Shown: positions 36,816 to 50,871, counted from the stretch's first letter. The stretch: DNA of 64,000 nt from Gracilinanus agilis (GCF_016433145.1 NC_058131.1:625905569-625969568); one strand, 5' to 3'. The notes: a model not told the origin generated them from the sequence alone. Made by a program: numbers and translations.

Positions 36816-39069
36816 ATATAGGACCAGTAGCCTAGGAATTTCCCCAAGTAATGTGATTTCCAAATAAATTTTTTTTGGCCCAAAAGGGGCAGATAATGGA
36901 ATAATTCAATTTGATAAACATTTATTAAATTTCTACTAAGTGCTGGATACTGTGCTAGGTGCTAGGGATACAAACATGAAAATCAAGACAGTTCTCAACC
37001 TTAGGAAATATGCATTCTACTAGGTAGAACTAATATGAACACAGAAAAATAAATACCAAATGTATATGTAACGCTTCTTCCACGGCAACTTCACCAACTC
37101 TCACTAAATGGAGATTACTCTTACTCAGAATTCTAGGGACTACATTGAGGATCAATTGGTAGCATTAATTATTTATCAGTTAAACTGATTGTCAGATTTA
37201 ATTAAGTCTTTGAAAGGAGTTTTAAATGGATATACAAAGGCAGTTAGAGAAATAATTTCCCCAAACCAGAGTGATTGACCACACAAGTTCTGTAGAAAGA
37301 ATAGATTCAAATATATCAAAATGGTAGTAAGATACACTTACAGGGAAATCATGTAGCAAAGTGATAACATACTCTTTTGCTTTCTCATTCAAACTCTCAG
37401 GCCTTTCTTTTATGGAAATAAAGTAATTTGGGTGGGTAAGGAGGTGGGGGGAAGTAGAAATCACTAACAGTCTTTACTGGAAGAATCAGGAAAAGTTTCA
37501 TTTTAGAAGATGGCCCTTGAGCAGATCCTTCAATGAAGGTTGGGATTGAAAGACAAAGAGTTGAGAAAAGAGACACATGGAGGTCAAACTAAGTAAAATT
37601 CATGTTAGCTGTTGCTAACTCCATTCATTTTGTAACTTCCTGAGGTAGCTTGGATCCCTAAACTCTTTCAAGCAAAGCCAGATCAGCCCTCATTAGGTGG
37701 GAAGATTGGAACTTTTGGGCTGAAAACTTTCCTTTTTACCAGTAGACTGACATCTCTTTGAAAATTCCCAGACATCCAGGATTTTGGATTCAAATGAGGA
37801 TTCTCATAATCTTAGTGTGATGCCCTGTTCTCTAGTACAAGAAAGCTGAACTTCAATGCTTGGGTCCTGTCTGAACAAATCTTTTCCCAAGTGTAGTAAA
37901 CACACACTCTCTAAGAGTTCTGACCCAGCTGTGAGCAAGCACCAATTCCTTACTGCTGCAACAACCACAATGTGCATTAGCGTACAGGAAGTTCAAAAAG
38001 TCTGTTTGGTGAATTTTGCCTTTGGATTGGGAGTAGAGAGAGAGGAGGAAGGGTCAGTGGGTAGGTCATGGCTGAATTATTCAGATATATCAATAGACAA
38101 GTTGTGTGAAACTCTCCCAATTAAGTTAACTCACTTAGGACTAGCCTTTTATCTTTTCATTTTCAGAGTATGGGGGAAGATGGAAGGGTGTAAAGAAGAG
38201 AAATTTGATGGCAAGCAGCCTGAGAACATCTGTTTCTCCTGAGGCAGTCAGAGCAGCTGGCTGCTTTGGAGTCAGGGACCACATTCACACAGTCACAACA
38301 GACCCCTACCCTTGTCTTTTCTAAGGGAGAATTTTCTTTCACTCCTGTGTGGACCATAAACAATTAGTGTAACTAGAGGGATTTGTTTCAAGCAGAATAC
38401 TGAGAATTGAAGGACAAAAGTTAAGAGAAATAGGGGCAGCTTCTGGAGATAAATATGGAAACCCACCTACCTCCTCCCACAGGAAGAGAGAAGGAGGTGG
38501 CACCAGGCTGAAACATAAAGTTCGAGAAATAAGGGGAAGAGCTATGGAACTGTGAGAGGACAAGTTTTTTCTTGAGGAAGAAGAAAGAAGAGACTGTCCA
38601 GAGCCATGATCAGTGAAGTGATTCAGAGAATTCCTCTGCTGGGGAGCAAGAGGGGGAAAAATTACTTTTCTAAGCTATGACATCAAAAAGATCACAGAAG
38701 TAGAGTTGGGAGAAACTTCATAAGTCATGTGCCTCAGGGATAGCTCAAATAGAAACAAGCCCCACTTGGGTACAGATGCATATAAGAATCCCTGTGGAGG
38801 AGTTAGGTGGCTTAGTGGATTGAGAGCCAGGACTAAAGAAGGAAAGTCCAATCTTTCCTTCTGTGTGACCCTGCTGGCCAAGAAACTTAGCTGCTGCAGT
38901 ATGACCATGGAGAACCCAATTAACTTTTGTCTGGCTCAATTTCTTCAACTGTAAAATGGGAATGAGGGGAGGTTCAAAGAGCACATGAGATACTTGTAAA
39001 TATTTTGTAAAACATTTAGCACAGTGCCTAGCACATAGCAGGCATTTAGCAAATATTTGAAATGAAAAA

Positions 39070-39640
39070 AGAAAAAGACAATCTTTCCTTACAATAAGCC
39101 AAAATGTACATCCCTGTAATTTTGACTGCAGTTTCTCCATATGAGGCTAAGCAAAATGAGTATAATTTCCCTACCACATTATCAATCCTTCAAATATTGG
39201 AAAATGATTATCATGCCCCTCTCCTTCTTGCCCCTAGCTGAGGCAGCTAGATAGTATAATGAATAGAATGCTTGGCCTGCAATTAGGAAGACATTAGTTC
39301 AAAACTGATCTCAGACACTTGCTAGCGTGGCACCCTGGGCAAATCACTAAACCTCCATTTGCCTCAGTTTTCTCAACAATAAAACGGGGATAATGACAGG
39401 ACTTACCTTGTAGAGTTGTTGTGAAGTTTAAATGAGATAATATTTGTAAAGTGCTTAGCATAATGGTCTCTATATAAATGCTTATCCCCTTCTCCTTCCC
39501 CTCATCATCTCTTTTCCAGGTTAAATATGCCCATTTGGAATACCCAGTTCTTTCTTAGACACATATATACTTCTAAGGCACAACTTTGTGTTCCCTTGCC
39601 ATTCTGGTCTGTATTGTCCTAGCTATATTCCAGATAATCA
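39070..39640 (-). mobile_element. L3/CR1 fragment interrupted by a plus-strand MIR-type SINE (about 39242-39490)
   Basis: CR1-like tccttcaaatattggaaaatgattatcatgccc resumes after the SINE as tcatctcttttccaggttaaat. Confidence 0.6.
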
Positions 39641-41013
39641 ACAATCTTTTAAAAATTATTTCATTAAATATTTCCCAACTACTGTAAAACTTTTTTTAAC
39701 ATTCATTTTAAAAAATTTGAGTTCCAAATTTTCTCCCTATTGCTTCTCTCCCACCCATTGAGAAGGCAAGCAATATGATATTAATTATGCATGTGAAATC
39801 ATGCAAAACATATTTCCATAGGAGGAAACTGAGGCAAACCAGGCTAAGTGACTTGCCCAGGGTCACACAGCTAGTAAGTGTCTGAGATCAGATTTGAACT
39901 CAGGAAAATGAGTCTTCCTGACTCCAGGTCCTGAATTCTATCCTCTCTACCATTTCACTAACTCCCTTGGCATGGTGGTCTCTACCTGTCTCCACACACT
40001 GGATACTTTCTTCCCCTTATCTTTTTTTCAGTTTTCTTTTGTTGAATTTTTTTTGAACAATTTTGTTGAATTGTTACATTAGATTGTAAGTTCCTTGAAT
40101 GTAGGGACTATCTTTCTTTTTCTTATCTGTTTTCTAATATTTAGCACAGTACTTGGTACCTAGCAGATTCTTAATAAATATTGATTGACTGACTGAATGC
40201 TGGAGTCAAAGAATGAAATGAGCTTTGGGGTTTTTTATATATATGGTATGAGAGACCATAAGCTCACCCCATACCTAGGATCAGCTGAGTTAGGGCTATT
40301 CTCTTTCATCTACTGCATTTTCTCTTCGGGGACTGCTACCCCATTTTTCTACCTCCAAACGTGCCAGCGTGTACAGCTGTTCTCCTCTCCACTTAAACCA
40401 GATTCTCTCAGAGCTTCATCCTAAGAATGAGGCTTGGCTGTGAGGAGGTTGGGATTTGTTACAAAGAAGATGAAAAAAGAGGTCACTGGGCTCTTGGGTT
40501 ATCCTGGCTTTTAAGCCTATCTTGTGACTCACTCACTGATCAAGCAGTTCCCTGAGGGAGAGTGAACCTTGGACAGCGAAAAGGTGATTCCCTTGAAGAA
40601 GTTGGAAAAGACTATCTTTGCTTCTCAGCAAAGTAATTCCATGGAAAGTGGAGCTGGCTTATACTAGAAAATTGTATGGGTTTTCTGGAAAATCTCCCCA
40701 GGGCCTGGAATGTATCCACTAGAACAACTGCCTTACATCTGAGAGCTCTCCTCAGCATTACATTGGGTTTTGCCCCATCAATTCCACTGACTAGCTTTCT
40801 CTTAAACAAACCTCTCTTGTCTCCTTGCTCCATAACAGAATCTACTAGAAATGTGATGTTTTCTTTAGAGAAGGGGCTAGGCTCCTCTCTAGTTTCTATT
40901 ACCCTGGACACACTCCTCTTTCCAAATCCCTTTATTTTCTATACTAGAGTCATTCCAGCTGAGGGACAGGCTCCTGGGTAGTAAATAAACCCCTTGGTTA
41001 GGTTCCCCTTAAG

Positions 41014-41217
41014 CAAGGAGACTCAACATTTTGGTGTGTCATGGACCCCTTTGGCAATCTGGTGAAGCCTATAGATCCCTTTCTCAGAAGATATTTCTAA
41101 ATACACAAAATACATGCATAGCACTGAAGAGAAAACCAATTTTATTTGAAATATAGTTATCAAAAGATTAAAAAAGGAAAAAAGCCAAGTACATAGGCCC
41201 CAGGTTAAGAACCACTG
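41014..41217 (+). mobile_element. hAT-Charlie (MER5-like) MITE
   Basis: gtcatggacccctttggcaatctggtgaagcct...ggttaagaaccactg; 8-bp TSD cccttaag / ccctaaag (7/8). Confidence 0.8.
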
Positions 41218-41867
41218 CCCTAAAGGGAGCTGTCTTTGTCAAGGAAGTCAGAAGTTAAGTCCCCTTGAAAGCTGGTCATGGTGACCTAATGAACTTTACT
41301 ACTCGTCCATGTGAAATCCTTAGGCAAATGCATTTACTGTTTTAAACACACGTACAAATTCCTGGGTCTGAGTTGATACTGCACAGTTGGAGGGAGGTTC
41401 CAACTCAGGAAATTCCCCTCATTTTTTGTTAACCTGTGAACAGCTGTTCCCCTAGAGGTGAAGCAAGCATGAAGTTTCTATCTGGCAAGGACTAAGGGTT
41501 TGGGGGGCAGAAAAGCTTTAGTCAGGTTATAACAGCAGACCCAGCCCACTCAGAGAAGTTGCTACATTCCTTGCTCCTTCATTTGCACTAGAAAGTGCCC
41601 AAATGATTTTCTTCTATTCCTCCTCCTTTCACTACCACTTCCCCATGTCCTTTATACAGGAAATTCAAAGCTTTAAGGTTTTCAAAGTGTTCTCTCTTTT
41701 GAGTTTTACAACAAACTTGTAGCTACTAGTGGTATTATCCCTGTTTTACCATGTGGTAAAACTGAGTTACAGAGTAGTTAAGTGACTTGTTTATGGCCAC
41801 TCAGGTATTAAATACCAAAGACAGGATTCACATCCAGTTTTCCTAAATCCAGTGTTTCCAGTATGCT

Positions 41868-42118
41868 TTATTGTTGTTCAATCATTTTTCAGTCCTATCC
41901 AACTCTTCATGACTCCATTTGGGGTTTTCTTGGCAAAGATATTAGAGTGGCTTGTCATTTTCTTCTTTGGCTCATTTTATTGATGAGGAAATTGAGGCAA
42001 AAAGGCGACTTGCCCAGGGTCACACAGCTATTATCTTGAGGCCATATTTCAATTCAAGAAGATGAGTCTTCCTCACTCTAGGCCCCACTGTCTATCCACA
42101 GCTATCTAGCTGTCCCCA
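41868..42118 (-). mobile_element. MAR1-like SINE (CORE plus RTE-derived tail)
   Basis: ttcatgactccatttggggttttcttggcaaagat tail, gacttgcccagggtcacacagcta CORE, tctagctgtcccc head. Confidence 0.85.
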
Positions 42119-42189
42119 GGGTACTTTGTTCCCTCTCAAGTCCCTTCCTTTCTGAATATCAATGCAGGCTGCTCCTGAATGTCACGAAC

Positions 42190-44700
42190 AGAGACAAAAT
42201 GCCTCATCAAGGCCTTGGAAAAGTATGATCTGATCTCAAAATCAAAATGATTTTAGTCCTCATTCTCCTGGACCTCTGAAGCACTGTTGACCTTGCCATC
42301 TTTGATGCAGTCTCCTTTGTTGGCTTCTGTGAGATTTCTCTCACATGGTTCCCTTCCTGTTTCTTTATGAAATGTAGCTAAGATCTAAGTCTCTATTCTT
42401 TATCCACTTACTATATCTTTCTCTATAATTGCTATATTATTAACATAACACAATGGTAAAATTATAGTATTATCATGATCAGTACATTATATATTAATAT
42501 ATAATAATCTAAACTCTCCTTATTTTCGATATCTTTTCTTCTCTCTATACTCAATTCCTTCGAGATTTCACTTCATCCAACAGTTTCAATAATCATCTCT
42601 AAATGGATAACTCTCCAATATACCTTCCATTTTAACTTCTCTCTCAAAATTCAAACCAACAATTACAACTGTTAAATGGACATCTTCACCTGGATGTTTC
42701 ATTGGCATTCAAATTTAACACGTCTCACAATGAACTTTTACCCCAAACCCACCTCTCCCAATTTTCCTATTTTTATTAATGGCTTTTCCATTCTTCCAGT
42801 TACTGAGGCTTAAAACTTGGGAATTACTTCTTGTCCTTTCCTTCTCTCTTTCCCTTTATCCCCACATTTCATTAGTTACCAAATCATATCAACTTAGCCT
42901 TTACCACTAATCATTCCCTCCTTTTCCATTCCTCCTGTCTCTAAGGAAGAAGTATCTCTTTTCTTTTCCAAGGTCAATGCCTCTGCTTGCGTCACTGATT
43001 TTATCCCTTCCTGTCTTCTCCCAGGGCTTGTTCAGTCTCCACTCTACCATTTCCCTCTCTCTCTTTTTCAATATCTTTTTACTATCTCTTGCTCCATTGT
43101 CTATAAATATGCTCAGATGTATCCTATCCTAAAAAAAGAAAACAAAACCCTATACTTGGCTCTACTATTCCCTAAAGCAACCACTCTATTCTTCCCTCTC
43201 TTCGTTTCCCTGCCAAAGTCCTAAAACTAATCAAAACTCACTCCTTCCAAATTTCTCACCACCCACTTGCTCCTCAATCCTTTGCAATTTTGCTTCTGTT
43301 CCTACCACTTGACCAAAATTGCTCTCATCAAGGTTACCAGCAACCTTTTAACTACTAGATCTGATGGTTTTTTCTTTGACCTAATCTAATCACCTTTGAC
43401 TTTCTCTACAACTTTTGCTACTATTAAACATTCCTTCCTTCTGATATGTGCTTTCTCTTCCCTTAGCTCCCAAGACATGACTCTCTCCTATTTTTCTTCA
43501 TGTTTGCCTGTCTGCTCTGTTTTAGTCATTTTTGCTGGATTATCACTCAGAAAGTATATAATAATCCTACCCTGTCACTGTGAGTATTGATCCGTAGGGC
43601 TCTGTTCTAGGTCCTCCTCTCCTTTCTCTTTATACCCAATCACAGATCGAATCACTTCTCTTGGGTTCAAATATTATTTTTGCATATGACTCCAATAACC
43701 TGTATTATAGTATCATTGATTTAGAGCTGGCCATGTAATCCAATGGTCATTTTTCAGATGAAGAAACTGAAGTCCAGAGAAATTAAATGACTTGCCCAAG
43801 ATCAAATACATAGGATAAACTAAATGTAGGATTTGGGCCCATGTTTTCTGACTCTCGAAGCAGTACTCTTTCTAATATACCATGATTAGCTCCATCTATG
43901 TAGCAGCTCCTTGGTAGCTAACTCCTCCTGGATATTCTGTAGGCACCTAGAACTTACTATGCCCAAAACAGAACTTCTTAGCATATCCTCTTAAATCACC
44001 CATTTGCCTGTTTCTGGCGAGGCGCCACCATCCTTCTAATCATTTGGCTTTACAACCTGAGAGTGAAATTCAGTTCTTTTCCCTTCCATGACCCCATCTG
44101 CCAACTCTTATCATTTCCACTCCCACAATATTGCTCAGATTTTCCTTTCTCCTCAGTCCTTAATGTAGTAGTCCCTCATTACCTGGTGCTGTGAGGGTTA
44201 TTTAGTTATTAATAATCCTCCATTACAATGGTAGCATCCTAACTGCTTTCTATTCTTCCATTCTCTCCCCCTCTCCAATCCATCCTCCACATAGTTTCCA
44301 AAATAATCTTACAGCATAGGTCTGATCAATTCACTCTCTTGCTCAAAATTTTTCAGTAGTTACCTCTTAGCTCTATAATCAAATACAAATTCCTCAGTCT
44401 GAAATTTAAGGTTCTCTACAATTTAGCTCCAAATTACCTTTTCAATACTTATTTCATGCTATTTTTTCCCACAAATTCTGTGTTCTACTCAAAAACTGTA
44501 TCACTAGTTGGTCCTCTAAATGCACACTTCCTTTTTTGCCTCCCTAAATTCCCACAAGGCATGGAATTCTCCAAGGCATGGAATGTATTCCTTCCCTCTT
44601 CATCCTTGTCTTCTTTCAAGGATCATCTCAGATGACATTCTATATGAAGCTTTTCCTGATTCCTCTTTTTGATAGTGTCCTCTTCCTCCTCAGCTGTCCT
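42190..44700 (+). mobile_element. Large degenerate L2 LINE block (RT region relics, with small insertions)
   Basis: Pyrimidine-rich L2 text (ggacatcttcacctggatg, tcatcaaggttaccagcaacc, atccatcctccacatag); no long ORF. Confidence 0.75.
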
Positions 44701-45799
44701 AGTACTAAACACCTTTGTTATTTTCTCTTTGAACCTGTGATTTCATTAATGTGAGAAACTCACATTGAGAAAATAATGCAATTAGACCACTTGTAAAGCA
44801 TTGGCTAAAACAGAAGTGTGGGGTATAAGGAGGTTAAGCAACTTGTCCACAGCTTCACAACTGGATGGGGAGGTACTTGAACTAAGTCTCATGGATGGCC
44901 CTTTGCCCACTCAATCATACTGACTCCCAACTTGCTTATAATAGGCATTTGGTGAAAGTTCGTTGGATGCAATTGAATTCTATGTCCATCACTATAATCA
45001 AACCATACTGCTCCTCATCCCTTGAATGTATCTCATACATTTATGTCTTTGGTCTGATCACTGATAAGCTGGGATGTCTTCTGTCTCCCTCCACTTCCAG
45101 TTTCTGCCTTTCAAGGATTAATTCAAAGGTTACATTATCCGTGAGACCTGCCCTCAGTTCCAGGAGTGTGTGAACAGTTCTCTTTCACTTCTGAATTCTC
45201 AAAGCATTGTCTTCATACACTTATTTTTCTCTTTTATACACTTCTAGCCTTTTTATGCATATATTTAGATTCTTTGAGAATAAGCCCATGGCACTCATTT
45301 TTGGATATGCCACAATGAACTGGACATAGCAGGTATTCAATAAATGTTTGCTAAACAAAAGAGATGTGGTAAAATTTGATCTCACCAAGGAACAGAGAGG
45401 AATTTGAACTTATCTAACATCAATACTATGTATGAGGCAATGAGAGGCTTCTGGCCCAAATCATGAGCCAGAAGCATGTTCCAAGAGCTGGGCTGTTGAA
45501 GGCCTCCATCTGCTTTTCTACTCCCTTATTCTCAGGACACTTGACAAATTGGATGCAATGATGAACCACTCAGGACCTGTCCTCAATTACCTTGGTTAGA
45601 CTTGTAGACTGAGCCATCCCCCACAGTCCTGTTCCTCTCTTTCCTAAAGTCTGAAGAACATATAGTCTCTCAAAAATTCAGGAATACAACTAGAACACAG
45701 CTAGAAGTGCTACACTTAGAGATGGGAGGTCCTGGGTTCAAATCACAATATTGATTCTAAGATGGAAGATAAGGGTTAAAAAAAAGAAAACTTAGCATG

Positions 45800-46750
45800 C
45801 CAAGGTTAGGGAGGCCAGTTTGGCCAAAACAAGAATTTGAAGGACTTTAAATGCCTTAGGAGTCTGTATCTTATTGTAGAAATGATAAAGCAACACCACA
45901 AGTTCTTTGAGCAAGGGAGTGACCTGGTCAAGCCTGTGCCCTTTGATTATTTTGGCAGCTGGTTAGCAGATGGCTTGGGAGGGGAGAGAAGAGAATCTGG
46001 GAGAAGAGTTAGTAGGCTATTACAGTAATCCAGGTAGGAGGTAATCAGGACCTGGTGGCTATATAAGTGGAGATAAAGCAATGATGGATGCAGAGAGATG
46101 TTGAATTGATAAGATTTAATTTTTTTTGTAAAAAAGGTTTTGGAGATGAAAGAGGCAAGGAGGAAATCTATGTTTCAAACCTTGGTGAGTGTAAAAAAGG
46201 TGGTATCTTTAACAGAATAAGGAGAAGTTGGCAGATTGGAGAAGTGTGTTTGGGAAAAAGATGAAGAATTACATTTTAGACATATTGAGTATGAACTACC
46301 TATTGTAAATGTAGTTTGGAAAAGTCAACAAGTATAGGACTGGAGCTCAGGAAAGAGTGTGGGGCCTGGTAGAAGTATCTGGGAGTCATCTGCACACAGA
46401 AAAAGAACTCAGGGTAGCGTATGGGATCATCAAGAAGGACTGAGAATCAGAAGAGAAGAGGATCCAGAACACAGCCTTGGAGAATATCCTTTTAGGGGAT
46501 GGAACATAGATGATGATTTAGTAAAGGAAACTGAGGAGTCTTCCAACTTGTAGCAGAATCAGGGGAACCAGGGTCATGTTCAAGTGAGGAAGGGGTACCC
46601 ACGAGGAAGAGGTGCCCAAGAGTGTAAAATACTGCATAAAATTCAAGGAGAAAGAATGAGAAACAACCTTTGGATTTAGCAATCAGGGGGTCATAGTTAA
46701 CATTGGGGAGAGCAACTTCAAAAAGAAGGGTTAGGTTGAAAGCCATCTGC
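45800..46750 (-). mobile_element. Degenerate L2 LINE fragment
   Basis: ctttgagcaagggagtgacctgg...aggctattacagtaatccagg antisense L2 signature. Confidence 0.75.
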
Positions 46751-46995
46751 TTATTTATAACAATTTTAAGTTCAATGAACTTTTCTTTTTAGCTAAATTA
46801 TAAACTATCTGTGCTAAAAGTTGAAGTTTTATTGTGCTACTGTGTACCTCATAGTGCCTAGCACAAAGCTAAACACATAGTCGGTGTTCAAAAATTACTT
46901 TAGCTGATTAACTAATTGATTATAACATATAATAACCACTAAAAGCTAAAGGAAGTTCAAGTTTGGGGAATCAGGACCCAGTATTGGGCACTTAC

Positions 46996-47090
46996 TATTT
47001 TAGGAGGTGGAAGATCAGGCAGACTCTTCTGTGGGGCAGATAAGTGCTGTACCAACTCTCCATTGGTCAGAGGATCTGAGAAATTCAGTG
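46996..47090 (-). CDS. AFAP1L2: AFAP1L2 exon 4 (95 nt): (A)LNFSDPLTNGELVQHLSAPQKSLPDLPPPKI; proline-rich SH3-binding motif
   Basis: ttttcaatacag acceptor, gtaagt donor, phase 1-0. Confidence 0.95.
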
Positions 47091-47611
47091 CTGTATTGAA
47101 AAAAATGGAAAAATGTTAGTGAGGTGTCTCAGAGTAGAATGCAATCTTATGCATAAAAATTACATCTGAGAAAGTAACCTGTCAGAACATGCTCAGGAGC
47201 TACTTTGAAGAGTATATTATCTTTTCTCTAAGAATACAATGTAGTATCACCTCAACTACAGGGGAAATTCTTTTGGAGGAACCTGTTTTGGATTTCTGGA
47301 ATGTTCCTCCCCCAACTCCCCTGGGTCAAAAATGGTACAGACCACAGTGTTTTCAGTAATCATTAGACCTGTAGGAGCAATTGCTATATAGAGAGACTCT
47401 GTGTTTACCCTGTGATTATGGTTCTTTCCATCCCATAATTTATCCAGCAGGCAAACTGTTTTTGGCAGACTGGCCACCACTGAGAAGGGGTAGTTTAGCT
47501 GAGGTTTGGGGGCATAGGGTTAGGGAATCATGTTTAAAATTCAGTGGCACCAAATAGTCATGTGTTTTGTGGAAAACCTACTAAGTTTTAAAAAAATTTG
47601 GCAACTAATAT

Positions 47612-48460
47612 TCCTTTTAAAATTTTTTATTATTTTTATTTTAATGCCAAATTTCCAAATAAGTTTTCCAAATTTATATGATCTAAATTGTCTCCCTCCC
47701 TTCTCCTCCCCACCCCACCCCCAATCTGGCAACCAATTCAATCTGGGTTATACATGTATTATCATGGAAAACATATTTCTATATTATTCATTTTTGTGAA
47801 CATATAATCTTATAAAACCAAAGCCTCCCAAAATATACCCAAATAAACAAGTGATAAATCATATGTTTTCATCTGCATTTCTACTCCAACAGTTCTTTCT
47901 CTGGAGGTGGACAGTATTCTTTTTCATAAGTCCTCAGAATTGTCCTGGATCATTGTATTGCTGTTAGTAGCAAAGTCTAACACAGTTGATCATTCCACAA
48001 CATTGCTGCTGTTACTGTGTACAATGTTTTCCTGGTTCTGCTTATTTCACTTTGTATCAGTTCATGTAGGTTTTTCCAGCTCTTTCTGAAATCATCTTGT
48101 TCATCATTCCTTTTAGCACAGTAGTATATATAGTAGTTTATATAGCCATCACCATCCTATACCACAATTTGTTCAGCCATTCCTCAATTGGGGGACATCC
48201 CTTTAATTTCCAATTCTTTGCCATCACAAAAAGAGCAGCTATAAATATTTTTTTACAAACAGGTATTTTCTCATTTTTTAAATCTCCCTTCTTTATTCAG
48301 TATTATTATTCCTTCGTTATCATTCCCTTCATTATTCAGTGTTATTACTGAAACAAAGGGTGTGTATTCTTTTATAGTCTTTTAGGCATAATTCCAAATT
48401 GTCCTCCATAATGGTTGGATCAGTTCACAACTCAAACAGCAATGCATTGCTAAATTTTAT
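47612..48460 (-). mobile_element. L1 3' region (~850 bp)
   Basis: ataccacaatttgttcagccattcctcaattggggga and gtacaatgttttcctggttctgcttatttcact; T-rich tail at the low-coordinate end. Confidence 0.9.
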
Positions 48461-49134
48461 TCCTAAGAGAAATATATGGAAGGCACTGAACAGAGTCAAT
48501 TCAAGAGCCTGCTGGTTACCTTCAAGGATTTTAGAATGAACTGTAGTCAATCATGATAGCAAATGCTTGCTATCCTTGCTATCAGGGAGGCTGACACTGG
48601 TGGTTCACTTGACCTAGGGAATTCTGAGTCACAGTAGGTTTAGATAATTAGGTGTCTACACTAAGTCTCATATCCAATATGGTGAGTCCTTGGAAACTGG
48701 CTGCCAGCAGGCTGCCTTGGCTAAGGAGGGGCAAATTAACCTAGGTTAGAAATGGAAAATATCAGAACTATGCTGATCAATATTAGGACTGGATCTGTAC
48801 ATGGACACTCTACTTCCAACCTGGATGGATGGAGAGAAGAAAGGAAAGAAGGGGAAGGAGGGAAGAATAAGCCCTTGAATATTATTCCTGTTAACTCAAT
48901 CCAAGTTTTTATGTTAGAGGGCTGGAGAGAACAAACAAGAGCACCAAAGTCAAAATATCTACATCCTAATTACTTTGATATATGATGTTGGTAAAAATAA
49001 CTTCACATTATTTCACTTTATTACTTATCTCAGAGTTCTCTAGAAAGATAAAATGAGATAATGTGTTGTCATAATGCTTTGCAATGTAAGAGATATCACA
49101 CACATTTAAAATACTGTGGTTCTATGTGTATATG

Positions 49135-49325
49135 ACTGGAAGTTTTGGTTTTAAAAGATCACTCTACTATAAATATGAATAATATGGAAATTGGTTTTGA
49201 GCAATAATACATGTATTATTGGAAGTGCTTCTTAGCTCTGGGAGTGGGGAGGCAAGAGAGGAGGGAGAAAACATGGATCATGTAACCATGGAAAAATATT
49301 CTAAATCAATCAATAAATTTTAAAA
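49135..49325 (+). mobile_element. L1 3' terminal fragment
   Basis: ttaaaagatcactctactataaatatgaataatatggaaa...catggaaaaatattctaaat. Confidence 0.7.
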
Positions 49326-49547
49326 TGCTTATAAATCTGGAAAAACAAAAACCAAAGCCACTAAGATAATTTAAGGAAACACATATATTACTCAGGAAAA
49401 GATACAATATATGACCAGAAGTAAAGCACCCACAGTTGTTCAGTTCACAATATTAGAAATATTACTTCTTCATCTGAATGATGTTACATGAATGGATCAA
49501 GTGGGTCTAAGGGTAGATATTCAGTTCCTAAATATGGAATTCATTTA

Positions 49548-49722
49548 AAAAAAACTTACCTTCCACTTTCACATCAATATATAATGTATTGGTTCCAAGG
49601 CCAAAGAGCAGTAAGGATTAGGGTCATACAACTAGGAAATGTCTGAAGTCTTATTTTTTTTTGAACCTAGAACCTCCTGTTTCTAGATCTGGATCTCTAT
49701 CCACTGAGCTACCTAGCTGTCC
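49548..49722 (-). mobile_element. Marsupial CORE-SINE, internally deleted
   Basis: gtattggttccaagg tail and ccactgagctacctagctgtccc head. Confidence 0.75.
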
Positions 49723-49728
49723 CTAAAG

Positions 49729-49920
49729 ATGAAATTCTTAACCTGGGATTTGAGAATATGATTTTTAAAAACATTTTGATAATTATATTTTATGTAATTG
49801 TTTTCCTTGCAAAATCTATGCATTTATTTTATGTATTTAAAAACATTATTCTGAGATGGTGTCCATAGGCTATACCAGATTGCCAAGGGAATCTATAACA
49901 CAAAAGGTTAAGAACCCCTG
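49729..49920 (-). mobile_element. hAT-Charlie (MER5-like) MITE
   Basis: Reverse-orientation relative of 41014-41217; ends ggttaagaacccctg. Confidence 0.75.
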
Positions 49921-49984
49921 CCACAAACAGACAGGCAGAGTTTAAGAACTGGGCATATGACCAGTTGAAAATTAGAATAATGTG

Positions 49985-50084
49985 ATCCAAAAATACCATC
50001 CTCCAGCTGAAGAATACAGTACTGTCATCCCAAAATATAGTCCTCCAGCTGAAGAATAGAATGCTGCCATCCCAAAATACCATT
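49985..50084. repeat. 42-bp tandem repeat x ~2.4
   Basis: Units begin at 49985, 50027 and 50069; tcctccagctgaagaata is exactly repeated. Confidence 0.9.
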
Positions 50085-50239
50085 CTTTAAAATGCAGCTC
50101 CCAGGAATAGCTCCCCAGTCTCAGCCAAAGCTTTGATGCTTATGGTCATGGAAGAATGTGGCAGATGCTCCCTGCCACCACTCCCCTCCAGGATATGAGT
50201 CCCACCCCACCAATCATCAGTCTGGCCCAGATCCCATAC

Positions 50240-50326
50240 CTTTGTCTTTTCCTTTGCCTTCTATTTCCACATTCGGCTGCTTATGAGTTGTAACTTTGTT
50301 CATGTAAATATATTCCTCATCGGAAT
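50240..50326 (-). CDS. AFAP1L2: AFAP1L2 exon 3 (87 nt): (N)SDEEYIYMNKVTTHKQPNVEIEGKGKDK; contains the YxxM PI3K-p85 motif
   Basis: ttcttccatag acceptor, gtatgg donor, phase 1-1. Confidence 0.94.
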
Positions 50327-50870
50327 CTATGGAAGAACAGAGACCAAAAGAAAGGATGATGGAGAACTTGCTTCTATTGCCTGGTTACTATTGATTATAT
50401 TGAGAAGACCCTCTTTTTACCTGTTTCAACAAAAAAATATAGAGGCAAAAAGAATCAAGAATTATTTGATGCTCTTTTTAAAAAAGTGTCATTATTTGAC
50501 AGATATCCCTGCTACTTTTTCAATCTTCACTATTGATTTCAATGACTCTTTTCCAGGAAGCGGTTCATCACCTCAATAGGAACTGATTGTGGGGTCAGCA
50601 GCCTTTCCAAAGGGTGTTGTTGGCTATTCCTTTTTCAGGCCCATTTTCTGGCATGCATGTACCATAAATGGCCACTGGAGTGAATAAGCACTTTGGAAAA
50701 GGCCCCTGTTCAAAATTCCCTTCTCTGTTCTACCAATTAGAAATTACTTTGGTGTAATAAACTATTCTTTAAAAAAAACCTCTTACTTTCTGTCTTAGAA
50801 TTAATACTGTATGTTATATAGATAATAAAATAAAGTAAAAATAAAAAATATAATAAAAATACTGTGTTTT

Positions 50871-50871
50871 A

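Noticed and set aside
40612-40981. Overlapping ~100-aa ORFs on both strands
   Set aside because: Non-ATG starts, no homology recognised, no compatible splice sites found
47256-47480. 74-aa minus-strand ORF just upstream of exon 4
   Set aside because: GTG start; splicing in at the ccag acceptor in phase 1 hits TAG before the available GT; no homology recognised
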